Of a stretch of DNA of 43,888 bases, positions 35,456-43,888 are shown in pieces. The stretch's first letter is position 1. Each line of letters starts with the position of its first letter. Source of the stretch: Vezdaea acicularis. Lineage: Eukaryota. The translations under genes and the position numbers were made by a program. The stretch is from assembly GCA_026025075.1 (NCBI GenBank), contig JAPEUI010000127.1:1-43888 (forward strand). The letters are read 5' to 3'. The notes below the pieces were generated by a model. That model made no database searches and was not told where the DNA came from. It was given only the letters and a program-made list of their open reading frames with translations.

Positions 35456-36790
35456 ATGCGGCCTTCCGCGGGCCCATGCTTTCGTTCTCTACATTGGACT
35501 TTACGATATGAAGGCCCCCAAAGAGCATCATACATTTCACACTCCTCGATAACGTATCAGAAGAGAGGACTAAAAACTCACCAAACCTCTAATACTTTTA
35601 CATTGAACCCCAAGTCGTTAGACTCTTTTCATTACAAACAGTTGCTCAACCCCCACGACTCCTTCTCATTGACACGGGGTACCGCTCAGCGGAATATCTC
35701 TACCATCTCCACCATCCTCGTTCCTCCAATAGTCTTCAGTGGTCTCCTAGTCACCTTATGGTGCTATAAATCTCTTATGCTCATTCTCTTCCAGAACAAG
35801 ATAATCTACATGCCTTTTTTCCCTCCAGGGGCACGCCAGGAGACGATTTCAACGTACGAGAAAGCATGTCGACCTGTCCTATGGCGCGAAGAAAGGAACA
35901 AGGCAAAAGACGGAACTGATCTGGCGCTCTGCGTTGGAGATTTGCCCAGCAGCAACAAGCTTGAGGAAAATGGCAAGATACCGCATCGGAGGATAACAGT
36001 CCTCTACTTCCAAGGCAATGCTGGGAGCATTCCCTCGCGCCTTCCCTACCTATCGGATATCTTGCGGCAACTACAGCGCGATCCGACAATACCCTCAAAT
36101 ATCATTTACAATATTGTGGCTTTATCCTATCGCGGCTATTGGACCTCCCGAGGCCGTGCTACCCAAAGAGGTATCATCCTCGATGCAGAGGCAGCGCTTC
36201 GCCATGTGTCTAGCACCTCGCAGACATCTGCACAAGTAGTACTCTGGGGGCAGAGCGTAGGTGCTGGGGTTGCATGTGAGGCACTAGCGAAACATCTCCA
36301 AGGCATTGAGGTAGGCAGTGACGGGCTAGGATATAATCACCTTGAAGTCTCAGGCTTGATCCTGGAAACGCCCTTCACAAGTGTTAAAGACATGCTCGTA
36401 GCAATATACCCACAGCGCTGGCTCCCTTATCGGTATCTCTATCCGTTCCTTCGGAACAAGTGGGATAGCATGAGTGCGCTGAAGTCCATCGCTACCAATT
36501 TCCAACGGGCTCGGCACCGACTACCTCGTCCTAATCCCACCCATAGCCCTGAAAGTGGCTCTGAAACTCCTGCTACAAATAGCCTGAAAGTCCTCATCGT
36601 GCAGGCGGGGAACGACGAGCTTGTGCCGTGCGACCATATAGACAAGCTGGAAGAGCTTTGCCGCACCTTAGGGATGGATGTAAGGAGGACTGTTGTCCCT
36701 GGAGCATTGCATGCGGAATGCATGATCCGCGCGCGTGGACGGGATGCCATCGTGGAGTTTCTACGAAGTGCAGAGGATCAGCCGAAATAA
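35456..36790 (+). CDS. BEM46/ABHD13-like alpha/beta hydrolase
   Basis: TM helix then LILFQNKIIYMP, LYFQGNAGS, SYRGYWTSRG, nucleophile motif GQSVG, LILETPFTSV, DELVP and GALH. First ATG is 35456 (35393 is GTG); a downstream start is possible. Confidence 0.88.
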   Translation: MRPSAGPCFRSLHWTLRYEGPQRASYISHSSITYQKRGLKTHQTSNTFTLNPKSLDSFHYKQLLNPHDSFSLTRGTAQRNISTISTILVPPIVFSGLLVTLWCYKSLMLILFQNKIIYMPFFPPGARQETISTYEKACRPVLWREERNKAKDGTDLALCVGDLPSSNKLEENGKIPHRRITVLYFQGNAGSIPSRLPYLSDILRQLQRDPTIPSNIIYNIVALSYRGYWTSRGRATQRGIILDAEAALRHVSSTSQTSAQVVLWGQSVGAGVACEALAKHLQGIEVGSDGLGYNHLEVSGLILETPFTSVKDMLVAIYPQRWLPYRYLYPFLRNKWDSMSALKSIATNFQRARHRLPRPNPTHSPESGSETPATNSLKVLIVQAGNDELVPCDHIDKLEELCRTLGMDVRRTVVPGALHAECMIRARGRDAIVEFLRSAEDQPK

Positions 36791-37238
36791 GCATAATAAG
36801 GCTTACCACGCTGGTATTCCAGCCTGTAGAATATGCATGCTCATCCTCTACCTCCTCCTTACGGTCTTCAGAGTACTGCAATTTGAGGATATATGTGCAT
36901 GACTATGTTCAGATTTCTAGGAAAGCTAGCCAACATCTATTGCACATCTCCTGGCTCAACCACTAATCAGCGCACCGAGCGTACACCTTAATCTGCGCTT
37001 CTTCCCCAACAACGTCGGCTCAAAGACCCGAAGCTCGAGAAAATGCTTCGAGATTATATAAGATAGTACAAGAAAAGGACTACATCCACCCGTCAATGCA
37101 AGTAGGACATCATCAGATATCAGCGCTCAATGTACATATTACAATCACTCCCCCCTCTTTTACCCGCTTCCCTACGTAAAAGTTGCCATCCACACATACA
37201 CCCCCCCTTCCCCCTCCTACACACACCACCCCACTATC

Positions 37239-39604
37239 TTAATTACCATTCACCAACCCCGTGACAGACATCCCTGGCGCGGGGCTCATCGGACTCCCAC
37301 TCTTCTTCGGGCTCCTCAGATTTAGTGGGAACTGGTAATCGTCGGGATCCTCTTCTTCGGGCAACTTCCAAGCCACATAGTCCTCCGTACTAAGCCCCTC
37401 ACGACCTTCCTGCAGAGAACCGAAGTCACCAGGCGTCATCATGCCTGTGCGGTCGCGGGGCGAGCCGGCGACAGAGAGCGGTCGTGAGACTTTGATTTCA
37501 GTACCATCGAAGAAGTCGGGCTCGTCGAAGTCCGCGTCGAAGGATTGGGGATAGGCTGTATTGTTCATGTGTTAGAGGGAAGGCACTTATACGGCGAAAA
37601 GGGGTCCTCGCTCACCTCTCCGCAGAGCTAGCTGCCTCGCCTTAACGTATTCCATACCCATTCTTTTCCAGTCCAGCAGATCGCTCAAGCGCTCTACGCG
37701 ATTACGCTGATTGATCCGCTGTCTTCTACTCTTAGCCGCAAAATCGAACATGAAGTTCGTCAGCTGATTGACCGAGTCATCGACGCCCTTCATGCGTCTG
37801 TCGACGATGTAGATTCCGTAGTCTGCTGCGTTTTCGATCAGCTCTTCCATGTAGCAGCCAAAGCCCGAGAGGTTGGTCGTAATGCTGGGAACGCCCATTA
37901 CGGTGCACTCAGCGGGTGTGTAGCCCCAAGGCTCGTAGTAGCTCGAGAAGACGCCTAGATGGGTTCCGCGCACAAATTCGTCGTAATCCATCGGCAGGAC
38001 GGGATTAGCAGAGTTAAGAAACTCGGGATGGAAGACGATTTTGACACGGTCAGAGGGGTGGTTAAAGAGCTGTACGCGTCGAATCTGGTTCAGGATCGGA
38101 TCATCAGCATCGTTAGCCATGTTGTGCGTGACGACTGGAGGGAGGAGGTGGCGCTTCATGGCGAAGAGTCGGCGGCGGAGCATGATACGTTCTTGAGAGC
38201 TGATGAGGTCCTTTTCGTCTGGTAAGCTATCACCCTCGTGCCAAGTTAGAGACTTCTCGAAGAGACGCTTTCCAAAGCCTCGTTCGATGACTTCGACGGT
38301 GTCACGGAGGGACTTGATGACAGCTTGGCCCTTAAGCGCTTCGATTGTAAGAGAAGTAGTCTGCGCAGGCATGATGATAAAGGCTACAATAGTCATCTTG
38401 GAACCGGAAGTCTTCATACGGTGATTCAATCGAGCTAGAGATTCGATGAACATATCAACTCCTTTGTTCCGATACTCGTATCGACCAGCGGTGAAAAAGT
38501 AGAGCGTATTCCCAGGGTCGAAGTCGTTGTGTCCGTAAAAGTGACCTCGGACAAAGTCATGAATCTTTTCTTTCGCCTGTTGATGCAAATTCTGGAACTC
38601 GTGCATTGCCGAAAACTTCACAACATTGAGGCCATTTGGCAGCACTCCGTCGGGCTTTCGTTTTAGAAGGTGCTCGCTTTCGTAAGCCGTAATGTGAGAG
38701 ACTGTAGTGAAAACGTCTGCAGCATGCGTTGCAGCTCGCTCGATACAATAACGATGATAGATTCCCCGCTTTCCTGCTTCGGCATCGACATCAAAATATT
38801 GTAAGTTGTTATAGAAGTCAACGGACCCAGCACAAAGATATCGCCCGAGAAGCGTTGCATGTGTGGTAAAGATAGTCGTCACATCGATACGTCGCTTCTT
38901 TGTCAAAGGTAGAGCCACACCAGCAAGCCATTCATGGAAATGTGCTACGACAGCGCGGTCCCTCTCGTGCGCAACGTACTGGGAAGTGTGAGCGGGGTGA
39001 CCTGAATTAGGATGTTTGCTCATTCACTAACCTCTCCAAGAAACCATGCCACAAGATAACCAAACACGACGGCCTCATTTGTCTCGTCATCGCCTGGAGG
39101 AGACGGTATACGGGCAGTGTTCCAAAGATCGGTTTTCCATTCGTCCAGGAAGCGGTAGCCGGTCTTCGTATCTATTAGTAGGACCCTTGGGGCACCCTCA
39201 ATCAGCCATCTGCCGTACTGCAGTACTATTCCTCGAGACTCCATTGCAGCAATTGTATCTAAGAGGGCACTATTTGTAGGCGTGAGGGGTTCCACCTCCA
39301 CGGCGGCCTGATGGCTGATTAGCACGGTCAATTAAGATGATTCTCATAGAGGAGCTGAGAACGCACAGATTGCCGATTGAGCGGGCCGATGAGTGTATAC
39401 CGGTCGCCATATTCAGCTGTAGTCACAGGTGCCTTTGACTTGAGCACTGAATAGATGCCCCCAACTGCGTGGCAGTCAGCAACCTTGGTGCCCGCGAGAC
39501 TTATTTGGTAAACATTTACCTCTATTAGCTACTTCTGTCGAGATCTCGAATAAAACGTGGTTTCTAATGTCCCGCCGCGGACTAGAAGCTCCGTCCTTGC
39601 TCAT
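37239..39604 (-). CDS. GSY1: Glycogen synthase (GT3); 5 exons
   Basis: [58 protein letters not shown] and the phosphoregulated tail [15 protein letters not shown]. Introns 39465-39519, 39308-39366, 38979-39031, 37556-37615. Confidence 0.97.
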
Positions 39605-39819
39605 TGTGGATAGAAGCCGAGCGGTCGGTGAGTGGGATTACCCCGGGTTGTAAAGTGGTCTGAGTCGCGAAACACTACCGAATGAGCACGGGGCGCAGGA
39701 TCGTTTCCAGAAGAGCGCTTTGGTGAGTAGCTCGGGTGTTCGATGCTAAGTTTGAGAAATTAGCATTTGGGACTTAGTAAGAGTCTATAAGTAAGAAGCA
39801 TGTGGTAATAGATCGGCCC

Positions 39820-39837
39820 GAGCTCGAGCTCGAGCTC
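39820..39837. repeat. (GAGCTC)3 perfect 18-bp palindromic tandem repeat upstream of glycogen synthase
   Basis: GAGCTCGAGCTCGAGCTC read directly, about 215 bp upstream of the GSY1 ATG. Confidence 0.8.
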
Positions 39838-40685
39838 AGGGAAGCCTTCCCCACATTCGCGAAGAGCCAGTCGCGGGAAGACTTACAGAAACCACAACAC
39901 CATGCGAATAGGATATGAATTGAGGTTCAGGTTGATCAAAGCAATTGGAAGAGATTTAAATGAGCGACGACTCGAACATCAACGAACCAGAATTCACTTG
40001 TGTCCAAGAGAAGTGACCGAGGAAGTGTGCCCCTCAAGAGTCTGGCATAGGAGATTTGGAGTCGCGAGATTTGGGGGAGGTTGGTCCGATGCTTAGCGGC
40101 AGCGGTTTGCCGAGCAAGCATTTACGCTTGCATATGACGATGCATTGCAGCTTCCAACCGAGATCACCCCCGCTCCGGCGTCACGAGGGTAAATAGACAT
40201 CACAATGAACTTGATCTAAGGGAGACAACTCGTTCAAACAGGTTCTCAGAGCGGCCTTTATATATGCGTTCCAGCCCAACATATCACCTTGTCCGATGTA
40301 AACAGGGAGAATAAGCACAGCTCGTTCTAATGCAAGGCATTCACTTGGCTCAGTCATGCCGCATCGGGGAGACTGTGGGGTTCCGCTTGTCATGCGTCTC
40401 GGCACCCCGCATCGCAGATCAGCGTTGGACCCTATCATATCATGCAACGACTTGATGCAGACAGCCGATGGAGATATCACTACACGTCGAACTCATCCGA
40501 GTCGAACTTCAACGTAGCTCAACTTTGCTTCTAATTCACTAGTCTCAGCATGTACGCCTTTGTTAGATATCCCACGCTAGTTATGCTCCAAATAAATGCC
40601 TTATTATTACGCCGTAGCCCTTAACGTTAAAGGGCGCACGCTTATTAGTAGTCGAAGCTTCACGCCTCCTTTAGTATTCCTAAAG

Positions 40686-43600
40686 TTATGGCGGCGCCGG
40701 AGGATTCGCAACCTCCTCGGACTTGTCGGTTGAATTCCGAGGCGGCTCTTTACTTTCAATTAATGGCTGGCTTTCGGTCAGTGGGACCGCAGGATCAACT
40801 TTCTTCACGACGGGCTTCCCCTTCACGATCCTTAAAAGATAGTCGCCTACATCGCCTGCACCATCTAGCTTGCTGATACGCGTGTTGAAGTGTTCCAAAT
40901 CACCGACCAATCTAATCGAACGCCTGTCAGTATATTTTTAGAACTTCAGGTTGGACGTATATACCTGTCTTTGCCAGCTTCACTCTTGATCTCGACGCCT
41001 TGAAAAGCTTTGCCCCATTGCTCACGGTAGCTTGAGAAGACAGGATTCATGATCATTGAGACAGTAAGCTCAGGGAGATGCTTGCTGAGGACTCGGTGTA
41101 ACGTCGAGGTTTCTTTAGTCAGTTTTTCCATGTAGTCATTGACTTCGCTTCGTGGAACTTCCCAGTCGACCTTCTTCATGGCAGTAACATGTGCTGTGGC
41201 TCGGCCACTCATAATCTCGACAAGCTTGTCCTGAATGCCGACCTGATGCTCCTGCAAAGTCCGCTTGACCTTGTCAAACTCGGTCATGAGGTTCGAGGAG
41301 GAAGGCGCATGTCGTCGTATGAATTCTCTCACATAAGGGATGAGGGCGATTACAAAGCTGAGGGCTTGAGATGCTAATGCGAGATGTTTTGTAGTGATAT
41401 TCTTAAGACCAGCACTTCTTGTAGCCCCAGCTCCTAGGATCAGTTGGTGAGATCTAGAATTAAATAACCTTAGATACTCCAGAAGGTTGGGTCCTATTTC
41501 TATGGTCATACTTGGAATTCCAGTGATCAGGTGTTGAAATTGGTCAATTCCCCTTAGAACTGCTATAGCAGAAGCTGGGAGAATATATGTATCTTCGTCA
41601 ATGCTAGCATTTCGAGCCTTGTCTTTCGTGGAGCTGGCCTCTACTCTAACTTGTAAGTCGGTGTTTTCGTGTTCGGCCTCCCAGATTCTACTACCATTCG
41701 TCCAGACGTCAGCATCCTTTGTGAACCCCTGTAATATTCTTTCCAAGACCACGTGCTCTTCTGGGCCAAAGTCTTTTGCATCCCAATGATCCGCGTCCAT
41801 CGTGTATAAAAGTTTTTGTCGCTGATCTTCCTGAAAACGTTGCACGAATTCTTTTATGTGTCCGTTGACCACGGTCTTCAACGCAGATCCTCCACGTCCA
41901 GAAATTGCTTCACATTCATCGGCAAAGAGGCGATTTAAAGTAAAATATCGGAGAAAGCGCTGTAACGGTAGACGCGAAGATTGGTCAGATCGAACTTTCA
42001 GAATTTTGGTGATTTGCGCCTGGGAGATGTCTACTGACTGCCCCAACAAGCTTGATAAGTCTAGAGCTTGGTGTAGATCCTGCTGCATCTTTTCAGGTGA
42101 TAGCTGCTGACTTGAAACTCCTGCAGTAAGATAATCATCGATTGTCGACGGATTTGGGCTTTTCATTGGGCTCCTAATGCTGACTGTTGGAGATGATGGG
42201 CTTATACCACTTGTGATGTCAAGAAGAACCTTCACTTGAACTCCCAGACGTCTTAGGGCTTCACCTATACCCGCATACGTCCTAGCAAGCATTTCTTCGG
42301 CGTCTACTGGCGTAAGTTCTCGAAGATTACGGGCTAGTATTGAGGACTTTTCCTGCTGGCTGAGTGCCTTGCTGCTTTGGGTCGAAGCGGACATCATTGA
42401 TTCGTTGTCATCTTCATTAGAACTTGGTAGATGGTATCTTATTAGACTTTTGATCTGTTTGAGAACATTTTCTCGGTATGCCGAGGTTGCAGGTATGAGG
42501 GCGTTTGAGCGATTCAGCCCATTTAATTGCGATAAGAGTATGGTACGAAAGTCTTGGACCACGGTTAGGTATGCAGGGACTACAGATGGGTTACGGCTGT
42601 GATCTCCTCTAGATCTCTGGGATGCGGATGCCCATCGTTGAAGTGTTTCTTGTGGGGGTACGTTCTGCACATGTCTTCGGATATCGGCGAGCAGTACATC
42701 CAAGAATCGGAACTCAAAGCCTTTGCCAATTCGGAAGCGCAGATCTTCTAAGTCCTGCGTTGCACCTTCGAGAGCTTTGATGCCCCGAAGGTCCAGACGT
42801 TGAACTTGCGCATCTAGCGCCAATTGCTTCCCGCTATCGGTCTTCGAAGGCACTGGCTCCCCTGAGATAAGTCTCTCAACTTCTTCTACAGTATCTAACG
42901 CTTCTTCTAATTTCGAAGCTTTCAAATACTCGTCACAGGAGGCAATTCTGTTAACGATCTCTCGAAGTTGATCAACCGAATCTCCAAGTTTCTGGAGATT
43001 TTGTCGACGTTTCCGCATCCTCACCACCTTCAGGCCTCCCATAGCCATGTCTTTATCGAGTTTTTCTAGGTTCTCTCTCAAATCTTTTATCCGTCGTGTT
43101 GAGTCGGCTGCCTCCGCATGGAGCTCACGTAGAGATCCTAGGGCGGCAAAGAAGGAGGACGAAGCAGTGGATATAGAGGATATCAGATGCATCTCAACAG
43201 TATCCATATACCAGGAAAGTTTCTCTTGTAAGATGGCATTTGTCGCAAGCGCTTTACGACTTGGTGTTGCAGGTTCCGACGCTGAGCCGTTCATGCCTTG
43301 TTGACTTCCGGACGTCAGGCCAGCCGCCGGTCGCACGACATCTGCGCGCTCACTGACGATATCAAAAGTTCTTGGATTCTCGAGATGGAAATTCTGATCG
43401 AAATAAACCGATGGTATCGTAGATAGAGGCGTCATTGCGTGAACGGGCCTTCTACTTGGTCCATTGCTTGACCGCCGAGGGGCCCGACTCTCAATAGCCG
43501 ATTCCACCGAAGCCATTGATTCGCTCCGTTGCACTTTACGAAGCTCGTCTTCGATGCCTTTTGTGCTGTTGCCATCTCGACTCTCGACTCTTGTCCGTCG

Positions 43601-43839
43601 GAACGACGCAGAGTCATCCTCGCTATTCTCTTCCTTTACCCTTCGAAAGGCTTCAAAGAGCGATCCAACCTGAGAGAGATACGGTGCGAAAGCACTAGGC
43701 TCAATGTGCGGTATGTTGGAAAGAATCACTGGGGGTATGTCTCTTGCTGTAGGCGCTTTAAACCCTCCAGACGCAGGTAACGATGAGTGGGCGACAAGTC
43801 CCGTCCTAACGATAGGGGGTTGAAGGAGAGTTGATATGG
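40686..43839 (-). CDS. VPS54: GARP complex subunit Vps54 (5' end lies beyond the window); visible exons 43839-40965 and 40911-40686
   Basis: ISTLLQPPIVRTG..RDIPPV, FHLENPRTFDIVSE, LQEKLSWYMDTVEMHL, LFNSRSHQLILGAGATRSAGLKNITTKHLALASQAL, KETSTLHRVLSKHL. Intron 40912-40964. The window ends inside an upstream intron (acceptor at 43840). Confidence 0.94.
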
Positions 43840-43888
43840 CTATGCGGCTTAGTGTTCAGATCGATTTCAAGTAATCTAGTCAGGTGTA

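Noticed and set aside
8..39604. Lipid/stress gene cluster (desaturase, ERG4, CDC50, cnaA, GSY1)
   Set aside because: Unrelated housekeeping genes are interspersed; no backbone enzyme, cluster regulator or shared motif.

Overview
Gene-dense region of a filamentous ascomycete (Pezizomycotina) nuclear genome. Introns are short (about 48-96 nt), GT-AG, with CTRAY-like branch points. I reconstructed 17 protein-coding genes by hand across the introns: delta-12 fatty acid desaturase, fructosamine-kinase family, a 920-aa single-pass low-complexity protein, CipC/DUF3759, SYG1 (SPX-EXS), LOT5/ICln, a hypothetical protein, calcineurin A, dienelactone hydrolase, ERG4, UBP3, CDC50/LEM3, an M43 metalloprotease, CAF-1 large subunit, a BEM46-like hydrolase, glycogen synthase and a 5'-truncated VPS54. 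I can support no transposon, tRNA, rRNA, CRISPR or secondary-metabolite cluster, and I cannot demonstrate a new biological system. The best lead is a locus absent from the ORF track at 4354-4862 (+). It has two canonical-looking introns and a 119-codon spliced frame broken by two stops, each one A>G change from Trp. It could be a pseudogene, a spliced lncRNA or a recoding target. Smaller leads: repeated CCTGAGGC motifs upstream of calcineurin A, a TAGTAG acceptor that could put a stop just before the CAF-1 PIP box, an MCB cluster, and recurrent C-rich to G-rich skew islands. All splice models are manual predictions without RNA data.
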